Of a stretch of DNA of 64,000 nucleotides, positions 1 to 12,019 are shown piece by piece. Origin of the DNA: Octopus bimaculoides (taxonomy: Eukaryota); the NCBI RefSeq assembly GCF_001194135.2, contig NC_068985.1:20038662-20102661 (forward strand). Reading direction: 5' to 3'. Position 1 is the first letter of the stretch; every line of letters starts with the position of its first letter. Under the pieces are notes generated by a model. It searched no databases, was not told the DNA's origin, and saw only the letters and a program-made list of their open reading frames with translations. The translations under genes were made by a program, and so were the position numbers.

Positions 1-149
1 AATTTTTCGAGCTCTTGGGTGTTGCAACCTGAAAATTCATCACCCAGGATATTCTCACCTGAAGAATCATCTCTCTTTCGAAGAGATGGTGATTCTTCAG
101 GTGAATGCAGCAAGCATTGGGAAAATCAAATATCAAAAAGACTGACGAA

Positions 150-330
150 GGAGTCCTACGGAATAATTCGACATTCTGCAAATAACCAAAAATCACGCCA
201 TACTGTCTGAAAAAAATATTTTAAGGAAACATTGGATAATGTGCTCCTAGATACACTATGCCTGCAATAAAGACAGAATGTCACGGCTCGAGTACCTTTG
301 ATCAGAAGCCTGATATTTCAGGGCTGACTT
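150..330 (+). mobile_element. Fragment of an interspersed repeat (family C, SINE/LINE-tail-like)
   Basis: The core 'cattggataatgt..cctagatacactatg...ggct.ga.t.cctttgatca' recurs diverged at about 13830-13975, 49900-50100, 53080-53230 and reversed at 59170-59260. Confidence 0.6.
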
Positions 331-989
331 GTGTGAAAAAAAATCAACATTTTATATAAAATTCCTATTTATTCGAATCAAACATACTTCATAGAAACTT
401 ATAGAAATTCGAAGGAAAACTGAAATCACTAGAGTTCAGTGGCAGTTCGCGTGCACTTATCAACTTGAGTTTTAGCCGAAAATAATTTGCAGAGGAAAAA
501 AGTATGCTTGCACTTACAAAATGCTATGCTTGAAATATATTCCATGGAAGTTTTTTTTTTTTTGACCAAGTAAATTATGACTGCACACGCAAGAATATCT
601 TATAGAGTATTTCCTCGAATGTGAATAAGGCAACCGAACTGCTCTGGCTGTGAGAAACTTCTAAAGAGAATTGAAATCTTCACACCTCATTTGGTGTTCC
701 TTAGCTTTTGTTTACTTGAGTTTTCACTCAAAGACAATCTTAACAGCAAGACCAAGTATATTTAAAGGGACAAAATATGATGTGGTATAATGTAATACAT
801 AGTGTCCTATTATCTGCAAATATTTTCACACACACTCTGTACATATCCTGTCTTGTGTTGAAGAAGCAAAAGTAAAGCACTACATTCAGAGAGCAGAGCA
901 CGCAACTCCGTTTCCTTTTCGCAGTTGTATCCTTTTCACAGTCGCCATTATTTTTCAGGAAAAAGACATGAATATATTCCGTTTCCCCA

Positions 990-1050
990 TTATAAATTTG
1001 AGGAAGCATATTTGTAAAGTGTCTCTATTTCATCAAATGCTGCAACATCA
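990..1050 (-). CDS. Candidate terminal coding exon of an unidentified microexon-rich gene (N|DVAAFDEIETLYKYASSNL*)
   Basis: Acceptor aaatttctatatttcag| (AG at 1052-1051). The phase-2 start matches the 4353-4406 exon, and the frame is open for 19 codons to TAA at 992-990. Confidence 0.6.
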
Positions 1051-1130
1051 CTGAAATATAGAAATTTCTTCTAACATGCAATGAGTATTATATTACTATC
1101 TTGCTTTTAACACTATCAATATATAAATCC

Positions 1131-1131
1131 A

Positions 1132-1190
<59 letters not shown>
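1131..1190. repeat. (TATC)n microsatellite
   Basis: Direct; a similar array lies at about 30990-31048. Confidence 0.95.
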
Positions 1191-1489
1191 TCACACGCAC
1201 ATACACACACTTACATACACAGACACACATATGACAACTAGATATAAACAAAAACAAGCGGGTAAAATAATTTTAACAGTAACAAGTGTGTTCTAACATT
1301 TCTTATTTATGTTTTTACTAAAGATTTTTTTTTAAAGTAAAGCGATAAAAAATTTGATTACTTTCAGTAATGAACATTTGATAAGCTGAATCTATTGCTA
1401 AAGAAAATTAATATTAAAGCTTTCAAAATATCATTAAAAATACTGATTTCTTACATAGGCATAAAATCACGAGTTTAGGAAATTTTTAG

Positions 1490-3150
1490 ACGATTACATC
1501 GACCACAGTAATTGATTTTTATCGATTCAGGAGGCTGAAAAGTAAAGATAACATCGGTGGGATTTGAACAATGGATGTAAAGAGACGTAACTAAATACTA
1601 CAATGCATTCGTTTCGATTCTCTTCCGATTCTGCCAATCCCCTACTGGAAATAAATAAATACTAATCTTTGACATAAAGACAAGATTCAAGGTTACAATG
1701 TTTAGGGGTGTGAAACGTTCGATTAAATTTTATCCCCCATACATTACTGGTACATTTTTCATCGACCCTTTAGAAACGAATGGCAAAGTAATACTCGGCC
1801 GAATTCCAACTCAAAACGTAAGGGGTACAATTAAATAATTCAAGGGAAGGTATTTGCTTCATCGCTGAACCATTTCTGCCCAATTCACTGCTGTCACTGA
1901 TGAAAACTATTTACAGCAATCTCCTTTTACTAAGATTATTGGTTTGAAAAAGAAAACCAAACCAAACAAAACAAAAAACAAAAACAAAACAAAGCGAAAA
2001 GCAAAAAACCCAAAATCAAAATGCAAAACAACCAAATATAAAAGATAAAGCTCTAATGAACTTAGGGCAGTTACATAACCATAATACATAATGAATTACT
2101 GCTTGAAGTGAAATTTAATTGAGTTGTTTCAGACAACTTTCAATACAATTAAAAAATCATTGAGAGAAAAAGACGCAGATTATAAGAGTGATAAAATGTT
2201 GTCAATAAGGATGGTAGATAAGCAGAATAGGTAGATAGAACTTCAGATAAATTGGTGATGATGGTGGATGATAGAAACCGTTGAACTTCCGATAAACTAG
2301 TGGTGATGTATGGCAAAGTTAGTTGGATGTTGCACATAACGCCTCACGGTAATTAGTTACACTCGTTTACAATCTGAGTTTGCGGCGAATCGGTAGTGTT
2401 TGTAGAGTATTGTAGAGAATGCCTCAGCATGTTCGTTCTGGATTTCTTTTCTTTGAGTTCAATCCACACTGAGGTCAGCTTTATCTTTCATCCTTTCGGG
2501 GTTGATAAAATAACATTCCAAATATGATGTCAATTCTTCTTTTTGCCTTATTTTCTTTTAGAAATCTTTTTTCTCTGAAAGAAATCAGCGGTGGTCAGAT
2601 CTCGTAAGAAGTCTCCACCAGGTTTAAACATATTCAGAACACATTGTATGTTACTAAGGCGCCCACATCACACCATTAGGAGTAGAGGACACAAAGACAA
2701 AGCAAGTCTGAGTATACACATCGCAGTAGATTTAACCGACTAATTTGCTTTACTAGAAGCGTAGCATTCTGTCTCGGTTAGAAATCATTATTACTTATAT
2801 TGTGGAGTGAAGGATGGCAGAATGGGCAAAGGGTTGGACACAACACTTTGTAACATTTAAATAATTCATTTTAGGTTCTGAGATTAGATGCTACTCTGGT
2901 AGATTACCTTCCATTCTTTCTGTGTGATAAAAATATTTCTAATCTAGTACAGTTTTAACGTCAATACACTGCCTTTCAAATTTGAAATATTGTGCTTATA
3001 TTAGAAACATGGAATGGTAGACGGTTGGGTTACCAGACAAAATTTCTTGTGGTATTTACTTGTTCCTGTATGTTCTCAGTTAATATCGCACATGGTCGAC
3101 ATTGGCTTTCGTCCTTTCAGAGTGGATCAAATAAGTAGTCGCTGAGTATC
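1490..3150. mobile_element. Cluster of old fragments of tRNA-derived SINE family B
   Basis: Diverged matches to 'gaggtcgactttgcctttcatcctttcggggtcgataaa' or its reverse complement at about 1490-1600, 1700-1830, 2430-2520, 2810-2940 and 3000-3140. Confidence 0.6.
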
Positions 3151-3879
3151 GCCTTGCTTAAATCGATTACATCCTAACCTTTTCCGAGTTTATAACATTG
3201 AGGCGATGTATATAATCAGTAATAGTTATTGATATTTTTTGCTTTCTATGTCTGGAGGTAGGAACAGTACCAAAGACATTTACAGGCACTCCAGGATCAA
3301 TGAGCCTGAGGCTGTTAATACCCCGCTGAAATTGTTACAAACCAACACCTGCTGCGAAAACATGAGATGATTCCAGAAGGTAAATATACTGAGGAGAAAG
3401 GACTGGATCTAATGGCTGTTGTGGGATTGGGGAAAATGGACGAAATAAGGATGCCTGAGGGGAAGAGGTACAAAACCAGCCAAGTTTGGGGAACAGAGGC
3501 CATTATATATACACCTTTATGCATTTCCCTTGAAGATAGCTGCATAGAGTTCAAGACGGCAAGCAATTGGAACATCGCAGCTACAAGAAGACAGTGAAAT
3601 GAAATTTCAAGCTAACATGTTTAAGTTAAATGGCAAAGAAAAAATAATTTGGTTTTCGTAGTGGGAATTCCTTCGATAGATAATTTTAAAAGTGAATTTT
3701 AACGTTAGTTACATAGTTTGCAGAAAATCAAGTATGGCTGCATCTTGTGTAACTTCTATTAGAGGTAGTTATTTAGTGAAAGAAAATGATAAGAGTGGTA
3801 GTGGGAGGCCACCTAGGTGGGTTCTCCTTGCACCGGTGAGGAAACCGATATTACTGATAGCACCGCTAAAAATAGGAGC

Positions 3880-4300
3880 ACTCATATCATGAATGACAGC
3901 GACGCATCTACAATAGCAGAAGTGATTGCAGCAGTAACATCAGCAGTAATAAGAGCATCAACAACGACTGCAACAGTAACAACAACAAGACCACTAAAGT
4001 TACTAATACTGCTTCTGATAATAGAAGCCGCAATAGTGATAGAGGTTAAGGCTGTAGCAGATATTATTGTGATACTGTCAGATGAATTAGCCGTAGTCGC
4101 AGCAGTTGTGGAAGCAAACACGACAATAACAACATCAGCAAGATCAGATATAAAACCTCGAATCAAGTAACTAAGCAAAAAAATTACAGAAATGATAAAC
4201 ATTCGTGTGCAATTATAAACCACAAGCAGCAAACTGTATTTCAAAATAATTAGCAGCATCAACAACTCTAACAATGCCCACATCACATCAACTATCGCAG
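3880..4300. repeat. Degenerate trinucleotide (AGC/AAC/AAT-like) low-complexity tract
   Basis: Strong 3-bp periodicity, which explains the overlapping A/T/V/I-rich ORFs on both strands. Confidence 0.6.
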
Positions 4301-4352
4301 GAATAACTTCGAGTAATTCATCCAATTTTTTTTCGACAGAGTGGAAACTCAC

Positions 4353-4406
4353 TTTTCTAAATCAGTCATCAAATTCCACAAACTGTAATATTTATACCTT
4401 TTCTCC
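4353..4406 (-). CDS. Candidate 54-nt coding exon (R|EKRYKYYSLWNLMTDLE|N)
   Basis: Acceptor ctctaatttag| and donor AAA|gtgagt. Only one of three frames is open, and it is phase-compatible with both neighbouring exons. Confidence 0.6.
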
Positions 4407-4509
4407 CTAAATTAGAGATTATCAACTCTATTTTTCGCTTATGACACCCTTTTGAATCCAAATGACCTCTGAAGTACCCTTTGCAGGTGTTATTGTCTTT
4501 TATCTTTTA

Positions 4510-4920
4510 TCTTTCACTTGTTTCAGGCATTGAACTGCAGCTATGCTGAGGCACTGCTTTGAAGGATTTTAGTCAAACAGATCGACCCCTGTACATAATT
4601 TTTTTTCTAAAGTCTGGTACATATTTTATCATTCTTTTACCGAATCACTGAGTAACAGAGACGTAAACAAACTAACATTGGTTATCAAGCGGTGGTGGAG
4701 GTGACAAAACACAGGCAGAAAGACACGCGCAAACGCACACATGTATGTACATACAACGGGACCCCACAGTTTCCGTTTGTCAAATTGACTCCCAAGGCAC
4801 TGGTCACTCGAAGATATAGTAAAAGATACTTGCCCCAAATTGTGGCGCAGTAGGACTTAAGCAGAAGCCACATGGTTACAAAGCGAGCTTCTTAACAACA
4901 CAGCCTTTCTTGCATCTACA
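4510..4920 (-). mobile_element. tRNA-derived SINE family A, diverged
   Basis: Matches the 6822-7286 copy along its length. Confidence 0.8.
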
Positions 4921-5219
4921 GAGCTATGCCAATGTTCGTTAATCGCATCTGTATCACATGGAAACAAATTTAATAGAGTAGCTTACACAGATGACTATTT
5001 TTATGCAGATAAAATTGTGTATTGGCAAAGTTCAATTACGACAGAAAGCGATAAGCACTATCTCAAATTTATATGTACTTTAGTTACTAAACAAAATTCC
5101 CAGATACATAAAATATTTACTAACAAAATATGTTTGATACTTTATTCAGTGTTTTGAGGCTGTTGCAAACTTTCACGATTTTCAATATTTGGCTGCAATG
5201 TTGCAGACGTATCATAAAA

Positions 5220-5974
5220 AAAAGCGAGTCAAAAGTTTTGCAATATTGCATGCGTGCTAGTTTACGGCGTGTATAACATGTGTCCAAAGTAGTTCAATCC
5301 GTGGATGGTATCCGCTGAGGTTGTTAGGATAACAGTAGTTGGTGCGCTGACACGCTTTGCATTGCTTCATTCCATATGTAATATAAAAGCCGCAAAGATG
5401 AACGTACAGCTTACGCTTTACGAGTTCGAACTGGGCCATAACACCGCAAAAGCAACTAAAACATTTGTTGTGCGAAAGGTGCAAATGATTACAGTACAGT
5501 AATCAAATGCTTCAAGAAATGTCACTCGGTTTGTAAGAACCTCAACGATCAGATAAGGTCAGGTAGGACTAGAACCGTGGATTCCGAGACCGTGCTCCAA
5601 GTTATAGAGGCAAATCTGGCGAGTAGCTCGAACGACCCGGAATAAGCGCCAGGAACTTGAAAGAAAGGAACTGATGTCACACCCAGCTATGGTCTAAATT
5701 TAGTTCCCTCGAATTGTTACTTGTTCCGATCAATGGCTCACTTTCTGTGCTCGAAACGCTTCATCAGCCAAGAAGAAGTGAAAACTTCAGTGAAGGAGCG
5801 CTTCTCCTCGAAGGACAAGAACTGGTATAAGCATGGGATAAAAAAAAAAAAAAACTGGCAGAAAGGTGGCTTCAGATGGTGAGACACAATGGCTTTTGCT
5901 TTGAATGCCAGGTTGCCTTTTTTGTAATTTGACGAATAAAACAAATATTGCAAAACTTTTAATTCAATCTTGTA
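5220..5974 (+). mobile_element. Internally deleted mariner transposon
   Basis: Inverted ends aaaagttttgcaatatt (5231-5247 and 5944-5960). Transposase N-terminus MNVQLTLYEFELGHNTAKAT and C-terminal remnant '...LAERWLQMVRHNGFCF'. Confidence 0.8.
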
Positions 5975-6821
5975 GTAGGTACGTTACTCGGCTGAAGCGA
6001 GATTCCACAAGATAATACATACAAAAAGCAAGAGAAGTGGAAAGCTTTTGGAATTTAACTACTTTTTCATTAACTATGTTCACCATGTCTAAATAAAGCT
6101 AGAGCAGTTTCAATATTCAGTAACTCTTAATGAAGCTTTCTAGTAATTTAATGTCAACACCAGCTGCATTTAACGGGAATGGATCTACTTTCCCAAATTT
6201 GGAATTCTTATCTCTAGCAATTCGTTGGACTGAACTCTCATATCATTATACAAATGTTTTAAATACTCAACGTACACAGAAAGATTATCGTTTCGTAGTT
6301 CAGTGTCAATGGTAGCTAAAGGTGGAAACTGTACCAAGTCGTGACGTCCTATATTAACACTGAATAGTTGGAGCTTTTATTGAAAAACAACAATAACCTC
6401 TTTCCAAGATATAAAATTACAGTTTTCTCCTTGTAATTGTTTGTTCAGACAAAATTAAGCTTTTCAATTATATCTGAGAGCTAAAATATACCACGACTGG
6501 TAGCACCAACAGTTTACCAGGCTGCTTACTCTTCAGATACGACACTTTGCTGTCGCAAAGAGCCATGAAGCGACTAAGATTGTTAGTTTTTGATAGCATC
6601 AGTAGGCGTTTAAATGTTTCAACATTTTTGTTACAAACTTCCCGAGGAAAAGACGAACCTTGAAGTATATTTGATTTGATAAGTTTGACAGCTTTTTCAT
6701 AATGACAAAGACATCAATCAGGTACCCATTCTATTGTTTTGAAATTACATGTTGACAGAAAGCTACGTAGTGTATGCAAAAAAAAAAACACCCCCAACAA
6801 CCATAGGTACACCAATTTTAG

Positions 6822-7052
6822 TACTCTTTACTCTTTTACTTTTTTACTTGTTTCAGTCATTTGACTGCGGCCATGCTGGAGCATCGCCTTTAGTCGAGCA
6901 AATCGACCCCAGGACTTATTCTTTGTAAGCCTAGTACTTATTCTATCGGTCTCTTTTGCCGAGCCGTTAAGTTACAGGGACGTAAACACACCAGCATCAG
7001 TTGTCAAGTGATGTTGGGAGGACAGACACAGACACACAAACATATACACACA

Positions 7053-7123
<71 letters not shown>

Positions 7124-7286
7124 GACGGGCTTCTTTCAGTTTCCGTCTACCAAATCCACTCACAAGGCTTTGGTCGGCCCGAGGCTATAGTAGAAGACAC
7201 TTGCCCAAGGTGCCATGCAGTTGGACGGAACCCGGAACCATGTGGTTAGTAATCAAGCTACATACCACACAGCCGCTCCTGCGCCT
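6822..7286 (-). mobile_element. tRNA-derived SINE family A, near full length, with internal (CA)/(TA)n
   Basis: Reverse-complement head aggcgcaggagcggctgtgtggta...ggttccgggttccgtcc with A/B-box-like segments, a CORE-like 'accttgggcaagtgtcttct' segment and a tail ending (gagtaaaa)n. Confidence 0.9.
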
Positions 7287-7394
7287 ATGTAGGTAATATA
7301 TTTCTTATATCCCACCTTTCATTGAGGCAGCACCATCAGTCTCAAAAAGTATTTATACGCTGTTGTGGAATATCATTTTCCTGGAGAAAAGAAA

Positions 7395-7670
7395 AAAAAA
7401 AGAGAAGGCTCAACTTCTTTAAAGAAATTGTTTCAGCTTTGTGACGTTAGCAGGCTTTCGGGCAAAAATTATTTACTCTTTGAGATAACTATCATTCAAA
7501 GACGTAACATATCCATCAGAACTGCTTCATTATCCATTAAAATGGATTCTTCGATCTGCAGAGCAAACTGCTTCACCTGCAAATTTACAAACTAGTTGTT
7601 TTCCCTACATTGTTAGCCATTTTATCAATGTTCTTTGATTCTGATGACTTGCCTGAAAATCAGTAATTTC
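7395..7670 (-). mobile_element. hAT (Charlie/Buster-like) transposase fragment, degenerate
   Basis: Translates NIDKMANNV...KQFALQIEESILMDNEAVLMDMLR, resembling the RRIxxMAxxV...FSLQLDESTD...AxL region of hAT transposases; contains stops. Confidence 0.65.
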
Positions 7671-7839
7671 ATGTATACTCTGCTTTACGACAGTTGAAAG
7701 CACAATAGACATTACAGGTATATACACACATAAATCGGCTTTATATACCGAAATATAAAGCTTAAAACTAAATTACAACTATTACTTTTATACTAATGCG
7801 TTCTACAATTTACATCACAAATTTATTTTTTAAAGTCAC

Positions 7840-7863
7840 CTCGCTCGTTTACAGAAAACATAA
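7840..7863 (-). CDS. Candidate optional 24-nt symmetric microexon (S|YVFCKRA|R)
   Basis: catttgttatacag| ... GAG|gtgact; open in phase 2; upstream intron only 64 nt. Confidence 0.35.
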
Positions 7864-7927
7864 CTGTATAACAAATGTGTATTTAAAATGTTTGTAGGGC
7901 ACCATCTTCCCTTTCATGAAAACATAC

Positions 7928-7938
7928 CTGTGAAACAC
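7928..7938 (-). CDS. Candidate 11-nt microexon (VFH|R); an alternative acceptor gives 26 nt (7928-7953, KHLFQVFH|R)
   Basis: catttgtttcag| ... CAG|gtatgt; phase 0 to 2, matching the 37-nt and 54-nt exons. Confidence 0.5.
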
Positions 7939-8181
7939 CTGAAACAAATGCTTCTGATAGTAAATCAATAGTGCATCGTGTAAACATAATTTGAAAAATC
8001 CACAAGCAACCATACTAATTTTATATGTTATTATCAATAGCCTCAGACAATTTCTACCACACAACTTTCTTCACTCTACATCTATTAAAAAAAAATCAAA
8101 TATCTTCAGATATTCTTGGAGCCTTTTAAATTGATCTATTTTCAAATTGATTTCTTATCGTAATGTATTATGAGTTCTTAC

Positions 8182-8218
8182 CACTTGTTTATATTGCTCA
8201 TTGTATTCTTTAACCACC
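8182..8218 (-). CDS. Candidate 37-nt exon (M|VVKEYNEQYKQV)
   Basis: ggaattttag| ... GTG|gtaaga; phase 2 to 0, no stop. Confidence 0.55.
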
Positions 8219-8306
8219 CTAAAATTCCTAGTAAAGGTGCCGAACATACAAATACTCCTTTTAAATGTAGTTAGTACATTCGACATGTATATACAAGGAT
8301 ACTCAC

Positions 8307-8320
8307 ATAATTAAATACTT
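8307..8320 (-). CDS. Candidate 14-nt microexon (KYLI|M)
   Basis: tgcctgttgattacag| ... TAT|gtgagt; phase 0 to 2; 88-nt intron to the 37-nt exon. Confidence 0.5.
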
Positions 8321-8440
8321 CTGTAATCAACAGGCATTTTTAATCCATTGTAAATTCATAGTGCTGGTGGTTACTGACCATTAATTATAAATTTCAAACT
8401 TATATAATTCCATTCACAAAACCATATCCCTTAGTATTTA

Positions 8441-9677
8441 TTTATATACTACTAAAACTGTCTGGTTACTTGCTTGTCTCATTTAACAAAGGCAAACCGG
8501 CGCATAATGGGAAATTATAATGAATTAAGGTTCCCCTGAAATGTGAATACAGATGGAATAAAGCAAATTTCGTGTAAATCGGACCACTGGTTCTTGAGGA
8601 GCTTTCGAGGGTAATCATTTAGAAATATTTTTAAGTGAATGTGATCTCAAAAATTTAAGTTGTTTGTACAGTAAGTATTTATATTTTAGCTTTCTTTAAA
8701 CAGACAATATTTTAGTTTTTTTAAAAATTATTTTTAAGTGAATACCATTTCAAAAATTCTTTTTGGCATATTTAAAAAAATATTTTTAAGTGAAAATGAC
8801 TTGAAAATATTTTGTAACTTCGGAGTAAAATAATATTTTTCCTCGGTTTTTTTCGTGTGCATTCAACGTATCTCACCTCCAAAGATTTGGGTGCTATTTC
8901 TTGCACGCCTTACTACCACGTAACAGCTATTTGCGATAAAGGACCTGAAATAGCTTTTACGTGGTAGCAGAGTGTGCAAGAAACAGCAGCCAAATCTTTC
9001 CATTTTTGGGAGAAAGGAGCCGTTTATGTGAAATTTCGATGTCACATTCGTTGAAAGCATGCGAAATAACCTGGAAAAGAAGAAAAAACCCGTGGGAAAC
9101 TTCGGGATCCCCACCACCCCTCCACCCTTTCTTTTCCGGGAAAAAGTGGCTTTAGAGGTGAGATACGTTGAATGCACTCGAAAAAAATCTGTGGAAAAAA
9201 TTATTTCACACCGAAGAACGTAATATTTACCCAAGATCAGGATAGATATACGAATAGAAGGATCGATGAGACTGATAAAGCAAGGGCTGAACATCTGGCG
9301 GAACAGAGGGAAAGAGACAGAAGCAGGAGAGATCAGGAATCAGACGTTCGGAGAGCTGAGCGTCTGGCGAAGCAGAGGGCGAGAGACAAAAGCAGGAGAC
9401 ATCACGAATCGGATGTTCATGTGAATACAAACGGATAAAACAAGTTTCGCGTAAATCAGACCACGGGTTACCGAGGTACGCGTTCTTTTCGGGTACCTTT
9501 TTAAATAGCCAAACCGGCATATAATGGGAAAATGCTTAGAAAGTAAGGTACCATTGAAATGTGAATACAAACGGAATAACAGAAGTTTCGCGTAAATCGG
9601 ACCACGGATTCCCGAGATACACGGTTTTTTCGGGTACCTCGAACTATTGGTGACCCAGCGGGTCACGGATAGTCTAG
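8441..9677 (+). mobile_element. Non-autonomous Helitron with an STPR-like repeat ORF remnant
   Basis: 3' hairpin GTGACCC-agc-GGGTCAC (9650-9666), then CTAG (9674-9677) followed by T. ORF 9172-9438 has 23-aa E(S/T)..R..RL..QR.R...RR repeats. Three internal subrepeats. The 5' TC is not clearly visible. Confidence 0.75.
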
Positions 9678-9998
9678 TAAGGTAGTCTAGTAACTACTAC
9701 TATCCAACTGCATAACTTTAATTCTCATTCTACGTAGATATCAATTTGAATTTATAACACAGTTACGTTTCATCCTCTTGTATTTTAATAGAGGGAGCTG
9801 TCGTCTGTCTATCTTTCAGATGTAAGAGGCTTGTTTAATTCTCTTACATGCTTATCGCGCAATCATTTTGAATTTCTTCACTATTTATACATGTTTTATT
9901 TCTTATATACGCTGTCATCACCTTAAATGAGGAGCTGTCATAAGCAATGTAAAGTAAACTTTTCTATTATTTCCAACATTAATATACTAAACTCATAC

Positions 9999-10008
9999 AT
10001 TTAACAAT
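9999..10008 (-). CDS. Candidate 10-nt microexon (K|LLN)
   Basis: ttgttttgtttcaag| ... AAT|gtatga; phase 2 to 0 fits the 14-nt exon. Confidence 0.4.
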
Positions 10009-10452
10009 CTTGAAACAAAACAATCTAAACGCTTGTTTGGAAACTTTTAATATGTTAACGACAAACGAATTCACATTTAGTATATATATATATATATTTA
10101 CAACTTTTATAAACATGTGTTACATCCCTTAAACTCAACATGCTTTTTCGTTGATAAAGTTTTGAAATCTTTTCGGTAGTTTATTTTTGATTTGATGGCG
10201 AGTTTGTTATTTAACCAAAACAAAACCTTTCTATCACAACATGCTTACAATGTATAAATTATTTCCTATTCCTAGTAATCTTTCTTACTTTACAGATTGT
10301 ATATTATCTCCTTTATACAATTTTATTTTTCGTATTTATACTTATTAGTAGCCGACATACTTATCTTTTATCTTTTCATTATCTACAGCTATTTTAATTA
10401 TAACTACAACTTCAGTTTCCTATATTTCTTTTTACCTTACTGCAAATCTCAC

Positions 10453-10468
10453 TTATAGCTTCTGCAAT
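10453..10468 (-). CDS. Candidate 16-nt microexon (x|CRSY|K)
   Basis: tatgttatatttcaag| ... TAA|gtgaga; phase 1 to 2 fits the 10-nt exon. A longer alternative donor is possible. Confidence 0.3.
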
Positions 10469-10959
10469 CTTGAAATATAACATAATAAATACTTTTTTTT
10501 GTGTGTATTTATGAGTTACTGCTCTTAATAAATATGGATATTATTTAAGTATTTGGAAATCGCTTTGAAATTCTTTCGTAAGAACATTCAATACGATAGC
10601 TGTTAATATCTATTATATAACTAATGAAGAGAAAAGTTTTTTTTTTGAAATATACATAGAAAGCATAACTACATCTTCTATTTTCTGCAATTAATTCACT
10701 TCAAAACTTGTTCACTTCACCGCCCCGCATATTTAAATATACCTGTAATTTTACGTTTTTTAATAAATACTTTGGGAAATTGAAAAAGAGAAACTTGGAC
10801 ACCCTTAGTTAATTTGCTGATTGCTTGATTTGTAGGCATAGATGTGTGTGGTTGCTCATCTCTTTCTCTTAATGGCTTCTCTAAGCCTTTTGAGTATTTT
10901 AATGTATCACCCGCTGTTCACAGTATAATTACATTTCAGAAAATCAAAACGAATGACGC

Positions 10960-11732
10960 CCTTGTTAGTCATCATGATTCCTATGCCGATCACTGGCTCC
11001 TGATCTTCTTAAGCCTTAAAGATGAGGTGTGATGTCATTCTATGGACTGAGCCTTCATCTCCAGATCATAAAAATTACGCCCAGCTTTCATTTCCTGCTA
11101 CGGATCGAGAAAAAAAGAATGGCATGTCTTTATTGGCTTCAAACTCTTCCGGCAGATCAGAGCAGACTCCCACTATTCTCTTCTTAAAATTGGGTTTCAA
11201 CTTCCAAGGTACCCACTTCGCACACATTTTCAGATATCCAAAGTATTCTGCCATCTTCAAAGTATTCCGCCATAAAGGAATTGTAACCACAGCTCAGTTG
11301 TGCAGTAAGCTCAGAGATTGTGACTCGTCTGCCCGTGCCAATCAATTCGTCTACCCGCTGGTGACTCGTGTCAATGGTCGCAGTTGATAGTCTTCCACTG
11401 CGTAATATGTATTTTATATTAGATTCTTTTTCTCTAAATTTTCAACCAATGTGTATAGTCTTTTTGTTAATGATGTCATCTTCGTAAACAACTTGTTGTC
11501 TTATGTGGAGTTTGGACATCCTGCACCCCTTCTTCGTCAAGAATTCGATGATAGCATGTGGCTTCTGATGTAGCTCATATTTGCGTGCGATAAAGGAGAG
11601 AAAGAAAAAAAAGAAAGAGTGACTTTATCAGCATAAGTAATTTGAGCGATGTACGTTTATTAATAAACGTATATTTATTAATAAACAAGTTATGCTTACT
11701 ACTTTTGCATTAATTTCGGGACAATCTTCGTG
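10960..11732 (-). mobile_element. Mariner transposon relic
   Basis: KMCAKWVPWKL (WVPxxL motif) and VAGNESW (GDETW-like); ITR-like end at about 11703-11732. Confidence 0.85.
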
Positions 11733-11738
11733 CATGTA

Positions 11739-11782
<44 letters not shown>

Positions 11783-12019
11783 CACACGCACGCACGTACA
11801 CACACACATGTGCATACATCGTTAAACTGGAAGCGCAAAAATTAAAAACACGAGGAATATGACAGTGTGATTTGTACATGTAACTGTTAAAAGTTTGCGT
11901 GTGTTTCCCTCAGAAACTTCAGTCAGCCTTCAGATAGCCTGTTTTTCAAGTGATTTCTAAAAATGTTCTGTAGTCTCTGATTGATGATTAGTAACTTACA
12001 CTATCACCAAGATACTTTC

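Noticed and set aside
150-330. ILRKHWI peptide suggesting a Penelope element
   Set aside because: The sequence matches the non-coding family C repeat found several times in the window.
3817-4352. Overlapping 117-aa and 156-aa hydrophobic ORFs resembling membrane proteins
   Set aside because: They arise from a degenerate trinucleotide tract. The 156-aa 'start' GTG is the donor GT of the 54-nt exon.
7560-7660. Strong minus-strand acceptors near 7580 and 7655
   Set aside because: The downstream sequence translates as a hAT transposase relic with stops.
9848-9880. 33-nt exon-like segment ending CAT|gtaaga
   Set aside because: Weak acceptor, and it is phase-incompatible between the 10-nt and 14-nt exons.
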